This document shows positions 31,834 through 42,064 of a stretch of 64,000 nt of DNA, piece by piece (position 1 is the first letter of the stretch; every line of letters begins with the position of its first letter). The notes under the pieces were generated by a model. The model saw only the letters and a program-made list of their open reading frames with translations. It did no database searches and was not told the origin of the DNA. The translations under genes were made by a program, and so were the position numbers. Origin of the DNA: Prevotella sp. (GTDB lineage Bacteria; Bacteroidota; Bacteroidia; Bacteroidales; Bacteroidaceae); the NCBI GenBank assembly GCA_045112595.1, contig JBGUIA010000046.1, positions 17,531 to 81,530 of the forward strand, written 5' to 3'.

Positions 31834-31856
31834 TGTATTTTTACCTTTTTATATCA

Positions 31857-33233
31857 TTACTTTTTCTGAGCAGCGGCTGCACGGGCACGGATAATTCCCA
31901 TGACGGTAGCCTTCGCCTGACGGATGTTGTCGAGCAGCGGGCGATGGGCGGGACACGTGAACTGGCACGAGCCACACTCGATACAGCTGACGACTTCCTC
32001 ATGCTCGGCACGCTCCCAATTCTGAACGGCAGCAAGTTTTGCCAACAAGTAGGGCTCCAAGCCCATTGGACAAGCACTGACGCACTTGGCACAGCGGATA
32101 CAGGGGTTAGGCTCTTTGCGGAAAGCCTCCTCGCCAGAGATGATGGTCACCGAGTTGGTTCCCTTGCAGATGGGCACTTCTGTTGATGTCAGCGCCTTAC
32201 CCATCATTGGGCCACCAGCCAACAGTTTGTTGTCGCCCTCGGGCATTCCGCCACAGGCATCAATCAAATCCTTCATCGGCGTACCCATACGCACAAGGAA
32301 GTTACCAGGATTAGCCAACTTCTTACCCGTAACGGTGGTATAGCGCTCGAAGAGGGGTTTGTTTTTCATACATGCCTCATAAACGGCAAAGGCCGTTCCT
32401 ACGTTCTGCACGATGGCACCAACGTTGACAGGAATGGCAGGAGGTGCCGGCACCTGACGATTGATGACTGCATCCACAAGCTGTTTCTCACCGCCCTGCG
32501 GATACCGCTGCTTCAGGGGTACGACCTCGACGCTGTATTCTGAGGCGCCAAACACCTCAGCACACTTTTTCGTCAAGAGCTCGATGGCGGGCATCTTATT
32601 GGTCTCAATGCCGATATAGCCCTTGGTGACCTTTGCGCCCTTCATCAGCAGTTCCAAACCCACAAGAATTTCGTCGGCATGTTCCATCATCAGACGGAAG
32701 TCGGCAGTAATATACGGCTCGCACTCTACGGCATTGATAATGACGCACTCTGCTTTCGCTGTAGGTGGCGGGCAGAGTTTGATGAAGGTAGGGAAACAGG
32801 CACCGCCCATGCCGACAACACCTGCAGCCTTGATACGGTTCACAATCTCTTCAGGAGTCAGTTCAGGATGGTCTTTCACCAGTTCCAACTTGTCGGAGCG
32901 GTCGATGCTCTCTTCCCACTCGTCGCCTTCCACATTAATAATAATAACGGGCTTACGATAACCGGTAGCATCGATAGCAGTGTCAATCTTGAAAACGGTA
33001 CCACTAACCGATGAATAAATGGGAGCCGACACAAAACCGCCAGCCTCGGCAATCATCGTACCCACCTTCACCTTGTCACCCTTGGCGACAACGGGTTTGG
33101 CAGGTGCGCCTATATGTTGACCCAATGGGAATATAGCCTGTTTAGGCAGGGCAGCAACCTGTGTTACTGCATCATGGGTGAGTTTGTTCTCTTCGGGGTG
33201 TACACCACCAATACTAAATGTCTTTATCTTCAT
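31857..33233 (-). CDS. rnfC: Rnf complex subunit C
   Basis: QHIGAPA, GMGGACFPT, ECEPYITAD, two 4Fe-4S motifs CIRCAKC / CIECGSC. Confidence 0.95.
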   Translation of the reverse strand: MKIKTFSIGGVHPEENKLTHDAVTQVAALPKQAIFPLGQHIGAPAKPVVAKGDKVKVGTMIAEAGGFVSAPIYSSVSGTVFKIDTAIDATGYRKPVIIINVEGDEWEESIDRSDKLELVKDHPELTPEEIVNRIKAAGVVGMGGACFPTFIKLCPPPTAKAECVIINAVECEPYITADFRLMMEHADEILVGLELLMKGAKVTKGYIGIETNKMPAIELLTKKCAEVFGASEYSVEVVPLKQRYPQGGEKQLVDAVINRQVPAPPAIPVNVGAIVQNVGTAFAVYEACMKNKPLFERYTTVTGKKLANPGNFLVRMGTPMKDLIDACGGMPEGDNKLLAGGPMMGKALTSTEVPICKGTNSVTIISGEEAFRKEPNPCIRCAKCVSACPMGLEPYLLAKLAAVQNWERAEHEEVVSCIECGSCQFTCPAHRPLLDNIRQAKATVMGIIRARAAAAQKK

Positions 33234-34153
33234 GCTTGTTCCTCCTTCTTTTCGTTAGCAGGTTTTTCCCCAGCGACTGAATCACTGGGCATAGTAGCTT
33301 CGGGCGCTGGTGTGGGCGCAGGCTTGGGTGCCGGGAAATTCACAGCGTGGATAGCTTTGGTAGGACAAACGGCTACGCACTTACGGCATAGACGACACTT
33401 ATTGAAGTCTATGTACGAAACGTTGTTCTCAATGGTTATGGCACCAAACTGGCACTCCTTCTCGCACTTGCCGCAACCGATGCAAGCAGCCTTACAAGCC
33501 TTCATGGCTGCAGGTCCCTTGTCCTTATTAACACATGACACAAACACCTTGCGTCCCTTTGGTCCCTTCTTGCGAAGCTCGATAATGTGACGTGGGCAAG
33601 CCTTAACACAAGCGCCACAAGCCACACACTTCTCTTCATCGACTTCGGGAAGTCCGGTTTTAGGATTCATGTGAATGGCATCAAACTGACAAGCAGCGAC
33701 ACAGTCACCACAACCCAGACAACCGAATCCGCAAGCTGTCTCGCCAGCACCACAAGAGTTCATGGCAGCACAGGTGCGCAGACCGCTGTACTCGGCAATC
33801 TTCGGACGCATCTCGCAGGTTCCGTTACAACGTACTACGGCAACCATCGGTTCACCGTTGGCAATGGCCATTCCTAAGAGGTCAGCCACCTTACCCATCA
33901 CTTCTTGTCCGCCCACAGGACACATCAGTCCCTCCAGACTGCCTGCATCGGCACCCTTAACAAGGGCATCAGCCAAGCCGCCACATCCAGCGAAGCCACA
34001 TCCACCGCAGTTGGCACCCGGCAGTTGCTCAGTAACCTGGGCTATGCGTGGGTCTTCGTAGACGTAGAACTTCTTGGAGCAGACATACAGCACGAGGGCG
34101 GCAATCAGTCCGATGGCGCCCAGCACTAATACTGCAATCAAAATGAAATTCAT
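33230..34153 (-). CDS. rnfB: Rnf complex subunit B
   Basis: LPGANCGGCGFAGC and multiple ferredoxin motifs. Confidence 0.95.
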   Translation of the reverse strand: MNFILIAVLVLGAIGLIAALVLYVCSKKFYVYEDPRIAQVTEQLPGANCGGCGFAGCGGLADALVKGADAGSLEGLMCPVGGQEVMGKVADLLGMAIANGEPMVAVVRCNGTCEMRPKIAEYSGLRTCAAMNSCGAGETACGFGCLGCGDCVAACQFDAIHMNPKTGLPEVDEEKCVACGACVKACPRHIIELRKKGPKGRKVFVSCVNKDKGPAAMKACKAACIGCGKCEKECQFGAITIENNVSYIDFNKCRLCRKCVAVCPTKAIHAVNFPAPKPAPTPAPEATMPSDSVAGEKPANEKKEEQA

Positions 34154-34189
34154 AAAGTTACTAGTTTTTTATTATTTGTTTTAATATGT

Positions 34190-34600
34190 TTATTCTATCC
34201 AAAAGTTAAGCTGTTGGCGCATTCGATCGCGCATCAACCACAACACGAAATAGTATGGAATAAGAGCAACTAAAGCACATAACGCGGCAAGACCTTCGTT
34301 AGACGTCAGCAACAATACAACTATCAGCACAGCAATAAGAACTATAAACGGGAGTCCGAATCCCCACAGCAAAGCCCGTGCTGCAACACTACCAGAGACA
34401 TTTACCACCACATGCTGCCCTGGTTCGTAAGCAGCACTATCAGCACAAAACACATCAATCAACTTTTCTTTTGACTCTGATGCATTACAGTATCCGGCTA
34501 CTTTACAGGCAGCACAAGCTGAAGTCTGGACAATGCGCACTTGCACCTTATCTTTTTCAATACGCTCTATGACCCCCGAATGACTTATCTTAGTACTCAT
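34190..34600 (-). CDS. RseC/MucC family protein
   Basis: SACAACKVAGYC cysteine cluster plus two TM helices; first gene of the rnf operon. Confidence 0.85.
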   Translation of the reverse strand: MSTKISHSGVIERIEKDKVQVRIVQTSACAACKVAGYCNASESKEKLIDVFCADSAAYEPGQHVVVNVSGSVAARALLWGFGLPFIVLIAVLIVVLLLTSNEGLAALCALVALIPYYFVLWLMRDRMRQQLNFWIE

Positions 34601-34750
34601 TAGTTTTGCAATCTCATATTTGCAATTGCAAAGGTACAACAAAAATATGAATTAAAGATGTAAATATTTAGGTTTTTTTGAAAAAAACTCGAAAACGTTT
34701 GCATTTTCTGCTTTTTTTTCCTACTTTTGCGACGACAAAAGCATAAAAAG

Positions 34751-35191
34751 ATGAAAGCAAACGAACAAACGCTTCAACAAGTGGAGCGAGCATTACGCAA
34801 AGTAGCCGACAAATTCCCGCCAACGGAAGAGGCCAGTCAACTGACAGATATCCATTTAAGAGTCAGTCAGGAATCTGGTGAATTGACGGCATTTGATGAT
34901 GACGACAAGGAGATTACCCGTTGCGTCGTCGAACAATGGATTGACAACAAGGAAGACACATTCTATAAGGATGTGGCTACAGTGATTCGAAATGTCTTGA
35001 ACAAACAAAAGAAACAGATTGAAGAAATGTCAATCCTGAAGCCCTATTCCTTCGTGTTGGAAGATGAAGACCATGAGAACGTAGAAGAACTCTATCTGGT
35101 CGATGACGACATTGTCATCATTGACGAAGAACTGATGAAAGACCTCGATAGCGATTTGGACAATTTTCTTAACAATCTTCTGAAAGACTGA
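34751..35191 (+). CDS. Conserved acidic hypothetical protein
   Basis: Clean ORF after a TACTTTTG box; highly acidic C-terminus. Confidence 0.75.
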   Translation: MKANEQTLQQVERALRKVADKFPPTEEASQLTDIHLRVSQESGELTAFDDDDKEITRCVVEQWIDNKEDTFYKDVATVIRNVLNKQKKQIEEMSILKPYSFVLEDEDHENVEELYLVDDDIVIIDEELMKDLDSDLDNFLNNLLKD

Positions 35192-36094
35192 CTACCTTAG
35201 TCTTAATGCTTCTCCCACCCTAATCTGATAGGTCGGAGGAAGGTCGTTTAATTTATATAGTTTCTTTAACTTAATTCCGTAAAGCTGTGAGATAGAGTAC
35301 ATTGACTCTCCATTCTTAACATAATGCATACGGCCCTTATAGTCCTTGGGAGCCTTGCTACGTTTCTTCTTCAACCAAACAATTTCTCCCTCTTCCAATT
35401 TGTCATTTTTATTGCGTTCGTTATATTTAGCAAGTTTACGATAGGAAATATCCACCTCTTTTGCCAAACTTCGGAAAGTATCACCTTTACGAGCTTTCAA
35501 ATAGTAGTTTTTGTTAAAGAAATAGATATGACGAAGGTCACCATTTTTAACCTGCTGAGCTTGGAATTTATCATATTCCTTAGCCGTATCAAATTGATAT
35601 AGTTTATAGAGCTGGATGATCTCTATCAGTTTTGTAGCATAAGTCGGACTTGTGGCATAACCACAGGCCTTCAACCCTTTTGCCCACCCTTTATAGTCAG
35701 TCAGTTTCAGTTGAAAAAGGCTGCTATAGCGTTTGCTGGTAGTCAAGAATACTGAATGGTCTTTGAAACTCTCATAAACATTATCGTATGCCCTGAAGCA
35801 TTCGTTATGCTCGTCATCGTCATGGTAAACTTTACGTCCCGTCCATCCATTACATTTGATGCCAAAGTGATTGTTGCCTTTGGTGGCCAATTCGCTTCTT
35901 CCGGCTCCAGACTCAAGCACGCCCTGAGCCAACGTAATACTTGCAGGGATATGATATTTTTGCATTTGTTCAATGGCAATGTCCTTATATTGATCGAAAT
36001 AATCCTGATAGCGTTGATTCCAGGACATTGACTGCGAAAGAGCCGTTTGGAGCACCAAAAACAGGCAGAAAAGTGAAAATATTGTTCGTTTCAT
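35192..36094 (-). CDS. GH73 glucosaminidase with LysM domains
   Basis: PASITLAQGVLESG, NNHFGIKC, GYATSPTY; C-terminal LysM HYVKNGESMYSISQLYGI. Confidence 0.9.
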   Translation of the reverse strand: MKRTIFSLFCLFLVLQTALSQSMSWNQRYQDYFDQYKDIAIEQMQKYHIPASITLAQGVLESGAGRSELATKGNNHFGIKCNGWTGRKVYHDDDEHNECFRAYDNVYESFKDHSVFLTTSKRYSSLFQLKLTDYKGWAKGLKACGYATSPTYATKLIEIIQLYKLYQFDTAKEYDKFQAQQVKNGDLRHIYFFNKNYYLKARKGDTFRSLAKEVDISYRKLAKYNERNKNDKLEEGEIVWLKKKRSKAPKDYKGRMHYVKNGESMYSISQLYGIKLKKLYKLNDLPPTYQIRVGEALRLR

Positions 36095-36164
36095 GAATAA
36101 AAATCTGAATTATTTTGCAAAAGTAGAGAAAAATAATTAAATTTGCAACAAAAATTGGAAGATT

Positions 36165-36638
36165 ATGAAAGAAATAGAGGTAAAACCCTGTATTTGGGAA
36201 GCTCAAATGGATGAACTGACACCCGAAGAGCGTTCGTTGATAGAACAAGCCATTGAAGGCACAAACCGTTCATACAGTCCTTATTCTCTTTTTCACGTAG
36301 GAGCTGCATTAAAACTACAGAACGGAGTGACTTACATTGGATGTAATCAGGAAAATGCTGCTTTTCCGGCTGGAATATGTGCTGAACGTTCAGCTATTTT
36401 TGCAGCTGGTGCACAATATCCGGACCAGCCTGTCGTTATGTTGGCCATTGCAGCCCGCAGCAGAGAGGGAGAGTTTACCAAAGAGCCGGTTAGTCCCTGC
36501 GGCACCTGCCGACAGGTACTGATCGAGACTGAAACTCGCTTTCAACAGCCCATTCGTATACTTCTCTATGGTCAGCGCTGTGTATATGTCCTGGATAGTA
36601 TAAAACAGCTGATGCCTCTATCGTTTACTGAATTCTAA
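36165..36638 (+). CDS. cdd: Cytidine deaminase
   Basis: YSPYS...VGAAL, NQENAAF, CAERSA, SPCGTCRQ. Confidence 0.93.
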   Translation: MKEIEVKPCIWEAQMDELTPEERSLIEQAIEGTNRSYSPYSLFHVGAALKLQNGVTYIGCNQENAAFPAGICAERSAIFAAGAQYPDQPVVMLAIAARSREGEFTKEPVSPCGTCRQVLIETETRFQQPIRILLYGQRCVYVLDSIKQLMPLSFTEF

Positions 36639-36662
36639 ACAACTTAACTTATATAATATAAA

Positions 36663-38966
36663 ATGGTAAAGATCTCGAAAGAGGCCGCCCTGCAATATCA
36701 TGAGTCAGGCCGGCCTGGTAAAATTGAAGTAAAACCGACTAAAGCGTATCGTACACAAACAGACCTGTCACTGGCCTATTCACCCGGAGTGGCTTACCCT
36801 TGTTTGGAAATACAGGAAAATCCGGATGATGCTTATAGATATACCGACAAAGGAAATCTTGTAGCAGTGATATCCAACGGAACAGCCGTCCTCGGTTTGG
36901 GTGACATCGGAGCTATGAGCGGAAAGCCCGTTATGGAAGGTAAGGGACTGCTCTTTAAGATTTACGGTGGAATAGACGTTTTTGATATCGAAGTTGACGA
37001 AAAAGACCCAGAGAAATTCTGTGAGGCTGTCGAGAAGATTGCTCCGACCTTTGGTGGCATCAACCTCGAGGACATCAAGGCTCCTGAGTGTTTCTATATT
37101 GAGGAACGCTTGAAGAAGACACTTGACATTCCAGTGATGCACGACGACCAACACGGTACCGCCATCATCTCTGCTGCAGGACTGAAAAATGCATTGGAGG
37201 TTATAGGAAAAGACATCGCAAAAGTCCGTATCGTAGTCAATGGTGCTGGTGCTGCAGCCATCTCATGTACAAAACTGTATATGGCTATTGGAGCCCAAAA
37301 GGAAAACATTGTCATGCTCGACTCAAAGGGCGTTATTTCCGTTGAACGTCAGGATTTAAACGAGCAAAAAAGATTCTTTGCTACGAGCCGTAAAGACATT
37401 CACACGCTGGAAGATGCTATCAAAGATGCTGATGTTTTCGTAGGATTATCCAAAGGTAACGTGCTTTCAAAAGATATGGTGAAGTCGATGGCCAAAGACC
37501 CTGTCATTTTCGCATTGGCCAATCCTGTTCCTGAAATATCTTATGAAGACGCCATGGATGCACGTCCTGACGTGCTGATGTCGACAGGTCGTACGGACTA
37601 TCCGAACCAAATCAACAATGTCATAGGTTTCCCATACATCTTCCGCGGTGCATTGGACGTTCATGCCACAGCCATCAACGAAGAAATGAAATTAGCTGCC
37701 GTTCACGCCATTGCAGATTTGGCTAAACAGCCCGTGCCCGATGTTGTAAATGACGTGTATAAGGTCAATAACCTTAGTTTTGGACGCGATTACTTTATCC
37801 CAAAACCCGTTGACCCACGACTGATTACTGAAGTATCAGCAGCTGTGGCTAAAGCAGCAATTGACAGTGGTGTCGCACGTAAAAAGATTACCAATTGGGA
37901 AGAATACAAGAAATCGCTTAGCATATTGCTGGGTCAGGAGACAAAACTTACCCAGAAACTCTATGCCACAGCAGCTAACCATCCACAAAAAGTGGTATTC
38001 GCAGAAGCTGTCCATCCTACCATGCTAAAAGCTGCTGTTCAAGCCAAGGCTGAAGGCATTTGTCATCCTATTCTACTTGGTAATGACGAGTACATTGCCA
38101 AACTTGCCAAGAAACTCGATTTGAATATCGAGGGTATTGAAATTGTCAACCTGCGTCATCCCAGTGAACAAGAGCGTCGCGAACGTTATGCCCGTATTCT
38201 TACAGAGAAGCGTCAACGCGAAGGTTATACTTATCAGGAGGCGAACGATAAGATGTTCGAACGCAACTATTTCGGAATGATGATGGTAGAAACCGGTGAG
38301 GCTGACGCATTCCTTACGGGACTTTATACTAAGTATTCGAATACGATTAAGGTTGTAAAGGAAGTCATTGGCATCCGTCCGCAGTACAAGCATTTTGCAG
38401 CAATGCACATCATCAATTCTGCCCGTGGTACACTCTACATTGCAGATACGCTAGTCAACGAGAACCCTGATACAGAGACTCTTATCGATATCGCAAAGCT
38501 TGCAAGCAAAAGCGTTAAGTTCTTCAACGAGAAGCCTGTCGTAGGTATGATAAGCCACTCAAATTTCGGTAGTAGCCAAAGCGAAGGCGCACTGAAAGTA
38601 AGAAATGCTACAATGTACATGCAGGAGCGCTATCCCGATCTCCCTATTGACGGAGAACTGCAGTTAGGCTTTGCTCTTGATGATGAATTGCGTGACGAAC
38701 AATATCCGTTCACCCGTCTGAAGGGCAAAAAGGTGAATACGCTGGTATTCCCCAACCTCACATCTGCACGTTCATCATACAAAATGTTGCAGATGTTGGG
38801 AGCAGATGCTGAAATCATTGGTCCAATACAAGTAGGACTTAATAAGCCAATCCACTTCGTCGATTTCGGAGCATCTGTCCGAGACGTCATGAACATCGTT
38901 GCAGTGGCTACGATCGATGCTTACGTTGACAAGTTGAAGAAGAAAATAACAGCAATTGACGAATAA
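36663..38966 (+). CDS. maeB: NADP-dependent malic enzyme with PTA-like domain
   Basis: [29 protein letters not shown]-terminal phosphotransacetylase-like domain. Confidence 0.95.
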   Translation: MVKISKEAALQYHESGRPGKIEVKPTKAYRTQTDLSLAYSPGVAYPCLEIQENPDDAYRYTDKGNLVAVISNGTAVLGLGDIGAMSGKPVMEGKGLLFKIYGGIDVFDIEVDEKDPEKFCEAVEKIAPTFGGINLEDIKAPECFYIEERLKKTLDIPVMHDDQHGTAIISAAGLKNALEVIGKDIAKVRIVVNGAGAAAISCTKLYMAIGAQKENIVMLDSKGVISVERQDLNEQKRFFATSRKDIHTLEDAIKDADVFVGLSKGNVLSKDMVKSMAKDPVIFALANPVPEISYEDAMDARPDVLMSTGRTDYPNQINNVIGFPYIFRGALDVHATAINEEMKLAAVHAIADLAKQPVPDVVNDVYKVNNLSFGRDYFIPKPVDPRLITEVSAAVAKAAIDSGVARKKITNWEEYKKSLSILLGQETKLTQKLYATAANHPQKVVFAEAVHPTMLKAAVQAKAEGICHPILLGNDEYIAKLAKKLDLNIEGIEIVNLRHPSEQERRERYARILTEKRQREGYTYQEANDKMFERNYFGMMMVETGEADAFLTGLYTKYSNTIKVVKEVIGIRPQYKHFAAMHIINSARGTLYIADTLVNENPDTETLIDIAKLASKSVKFFNEKPVVGMISHSNFGSSQSEGALKVRNATMYMQERYPDLPIDGELQLGFALDDELRDEQYPFTRLKGKKVNTLVFPNLTSARSSYKMLQMLGADAEIIGPIQVGLNKPIHFVDFGASVRDVMNIVAVATIDAYVDKLKKKITAIDE

Positions 38967-38997
38967 TAAGAAATTTGCTCTTTAATATTTTTTAAGT

Positions 38998-39037
38998 AAA
39001 AAAACGACCCGTTGGAGAACAACGAGCCGTTTTTTTT
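38998..39037 (+). terminator. Imperfect hairpin with a T-run after maeB, abutting the sigma-factor promoter
   Basis: AAAAAAACGACCCGTTG...CAACGAGCCGTTTTTTT; the -7 box TAACTTTG follows at 39040-39047. Confidence 0.5.
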
Positions 39038-39123
39038 CGTAACTTTGCACCGCTTTAAAAAGTAATATATTACACACGTTCCTGATTATCAGGCGATTAA
39101 GACGTTTTAAGAAAGTATTTAAG

Positions 39124-39996
39124 ATGAGACAATTAAAGATTCAGAAGAGTATTACGAACCGTTCGAGTGAGGCGCTGGATAAATATCTGGTGGAAATCGG
39201 TCGTGCACCATTGATTAGCATCGATGAAGAAATCGAGCTAGCTCAGAAGATCCGCAAGGGTGGTCCTGAGGGCGAGCGTGCCAAGGACAGACTGGTAACG
39301 GCAAATCTCCGATTCGTAGTATCCGTCGCAAAGCAGTATCAGCATCAGGGATTGACGCTGACTGACCTTATCGACGAGGGTAACATTGGCCTGATTAAGG
39401 CTGCACAGAAGTTCGATGAGACTCGAGGCTTCAAATTTATTTCATATGCTGTATGGTGGATTCGCCAAAGCATTCTACAGGCTATCGCAGAGCAAAGTCG
39501 TATCGTCCGCTTGCCTCTCAACCAAGTAGGTTCATTGAGTAAGATTAATCACGAGATTAACAAGTTTGAGCAGGAGAACCAGCGTCATCCGTCCATCTCG
39601 GAATTGAGTGATGCTACAAGTCTGGACGAAGAGAAAATCTCGCAATCTATGATGGCTGACGGTCATCATGTGTCGATTGACGCACCTTTCCAGGATGGAG
39701 AGGACAATTGTATGCTGGACGTGATGGCTTCTGGTGATGATTCCCGCACCGACCGTCAAGTTGATCACGAATCAATGGCACTTGAACTGAACAACGTACT
39801 ACAGAAAGTACTGAAAGAGCGCGAAATTACTATCATCCGTGAATGTTTCGGTATTGGCTGCCACGAAAAAGGCCTTGAAGAGATTGGCGACCAACTGGGA
39901 TTGACTCGTGAACGTGTACGTCAAATTCGCGAAAAGAGCATTGCAAAGCTCCGCGATTCGGGCAATGCACGTATCTTAATGAAATATTTGGGCTAA
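39124..39996 (+). CDS. Second RpoD/SigA-family sigma-70 factor
   Basis: [54 protein letters not shown]. Confidence 0.9.
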   Translation: MRQLKIQKSITNRSSEALDKYLVEIGRAPLISIDEEIELAQKIRKGGPEGERAKDRLVTANLRFVVSVAKQYQHQGLTLTDLIDEGNIGLIKAAQKFDETRGFKFISYAVWWIRQSILQAIAEQSRIVRLPLNQVGSLSKINHEINKFEQENQRHPSISELSDATSLDEEKISQSMMADGHHVSIDAPFQDGEDNCMLDVMASGDDSRTDRQVDHESMALELNNVLQKVLKEREITIIRECFGIGCHEKGLEEIGDQLGLTRERVRQIREKSIAKLRDSGNARILMKYLG

Positions 39997-40003
39997 AAGT
40001 TTT

Positions 40004-42064
40004 GTGACTCCAATTTTTTTTCGTACTTTTGGGGTCGTGAATCAGAAGCTACGCATAATAATATTGATGCTGGGCATGATGACATTCATGTCCAGCTTTT
40101 GTTTGGCCCGCAGTTCAACAGACTCGTTGATATTGAATCGAGTCTGGAACTACCGGCGAAACTTTACTGTTCCTGTTAATGGGATAGAACAGAACGTATA
40201 TATGCGTTACAGCTTTGGCATGGACCGACGCAACGCCTTATTGTTTCTGGTGCCTACGATGTATGTCATTGCATCGGGCGACCGCCATTATGTAGGTGAG
40301 GCCTATTGCAAACTAAAATTCCGCGACGTTGATGAATACGACGTAAAAAGACAAGTCGTTTGGGGGACCATTCCTCGCCAGCGCACAGCAATGCCCATCT
40401 TATTAGAATTCAGTACCCCCGATTTCTATGACGACACGCTTTATCCAGACCATATCCTCTCACCCTTTTACAAGGGAAATCGTTTTTTATATAATTATAA
40501 AATAAGGTTAGTGGAGGATAACATGGCCGTCATCCGCTTTGCACCTATCAAAAAAAACACCCAGTTGGTAAAAGGCTTCGCAACTGTCGACGTTAATACA
40601 GGCAGACTGCAGTCAGTTGATTTTGAAGGAGAGTTCGATATGGTTGCTTTCAAAGTATCGGCTGAAATGAATGCGAAAAATACGCAGTCAAAACTACCTC
40701 TGCGGTGTACCACTGATGCAAGGTTCAATTTCTTGGGGAATCAGGTAACTGCCAATTTTACAGCAGTTTATGATTGCCCACAAACGCTTCCAGACTCACT
40801 CGAAAATGAGAAAAACCGAACTTTGATGGAAGAGTTACGTCCCATTCCGCTGAACCAACGTGAACAGGAAATATATGCCCGATATGACAGCATCCATAAT
40901 GCATCCCACGATTCCATAGCTGTGGACACGACTCAAGTGGAACATCATCATAAGAGTGAATGGTTAAAGACGCTTGGATGGGATATCATTGGTTACAACC
41001 TCATCAATGGCAATAGCTCTGATGTAGGTGCTGTCTCCATGCGCTTTTCACCTTTACTAAACCCCCTTTATCTTGGTTATAGCCAAAGTCGAGGTATCAG
41101 CTACAAGCTAAAACTCGGTTTTAAATATAGTTGGAATGCTCACCGCTATTTGACGCTAAATCCGCAGTTCGGTTATAACTTCAAACTGAATCAAATTTTC
41201 TACGAAGTACCTCTGCGAATGACCTACAATCCTAAACGCAATGGTTACGCAGAAATTACATGGGCCAACGGCAACCACACTTCGAATAGTGCGTTGGCAG
41301 ATGATTTCCAACGTGTCATGGGCGATACTATCAGTATGCCTGATTTCAAGGATATGTATATTCGAGCTGTCAATAATGTTGTCGCCTACGATTGGCTGGA
41401 AATCATGACAGGCTTGGTATTCCACCGGCGTACATCCTTAAATTCGGAACTCATGGAGAAGGCAGGATTGGATTGGGAATTCCGAGGCTTTGCTCCTCTG
41501 CTGACCGTCAGGCTGACTCCATGGCACAACGGACCAACCTTGACTGCCAACTTCGAAGAAAGCATCCAAGGTGTGTTCGGCGCTAATCTCGACTATCAGC
41601 GTTGGGAATTTGATGCTTCATATCTAAAACGCCTACGCGGTTTGCGCATTCTCAACTTGCGAGGCGGTGCAGGTTTTTACACACAGCGTAATTCCAATTA
41701 CTTTGTTGACTACGAAAATTTCCGCGACAACAATCTTCCTACGGGTTGGGAAGACGACTGGGCCGGCCAGTTCCAGCTTCTCAGCAGTTCATGGTACAAC
41801 CAGTCAAACTATTATGTTCGGGGACATGCATCATTCGATACACCAATGTTACTCCTCTCTTACCTGCCATTTGTAGGGCGATACATTGAAATAGAACGTC
41901 TTTATGTGAGTGCATTGTCCATACAGCACACCAGACCCTATTTCGAATTGGGTTACGGATTGACTAATCGTTATTTCTCCACAGCAGTCTTCACCAATCT
42001 GCTCGGAGGTAAAATCCAAGAATTTGGTTGCAAATTCACCGTAGAAATATTCAGAAGATGGTAA
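40004..42064 (+). CDS. Putative outer-membrane protein (DUF5686-like)
   Basis: Signal-like N-terminus (true start probably about 40067), aromatic-rich beta strands, YFELGYG near the C-terminus. Confidence 0.6.
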   Translation: MTPIFFRTFGVVNQKLRIIILMLGMMTFMSSFCLARSSTDSLILNRVWNYRRNFTVPVNGIEQNVYMRYSFGMDRRNALLFLVPTMYVIASGDRHYVGEAYCKLKFRDVDEYDVKRQVVWGTIPRQRTAMPILLEFSTPDFYDDTLYPDHILSPFYKGNRFLYNYKIRLVEDNMAVIRFAPIKKNTQLVKGFATVDVNTGRLQSVDFEGEFDMVAFKVSAEMNAKNTQSKLPLRCTTDARFNFLGNQVTANFTAVYDCPQTLPDSLENEKNRTLMEELRPIPLNQREQEIYARYDSIHNASHDSIAVDTTQVEHHHKSEWLKTLGWDIIGYNLINGNSSDVGAVSMRFSPLLNPLYLGYSQSRGISYKLKLGFKYSWNAHRYLTLNPQFGYNFKLNQIFYEVPLRMTYNPKRNGYAEITWANGNHTSNSALADDFQRVMGDTISMPDFKDMYIRAVNNVVAYDWLEIMTGLVFHRRTSLNSELMEKAGLDWEFRGFAPLLTVRLTPWHNGPTLTANFEESIQGVFGANLDYQRWEFDASYLKRLRGLRILNLRGGAGFYTQRNSNYFVDYENFRDNNLPTGWEDDWAGQFQLLSSSWYNQSNYYVRGHASFDTPMLLLSYLPFVGRYIEIERLYVSALSIQHTRPYFELGYGLTNRYFSTAVFTNLLGGKIQEFGCKFTVEIFRRW

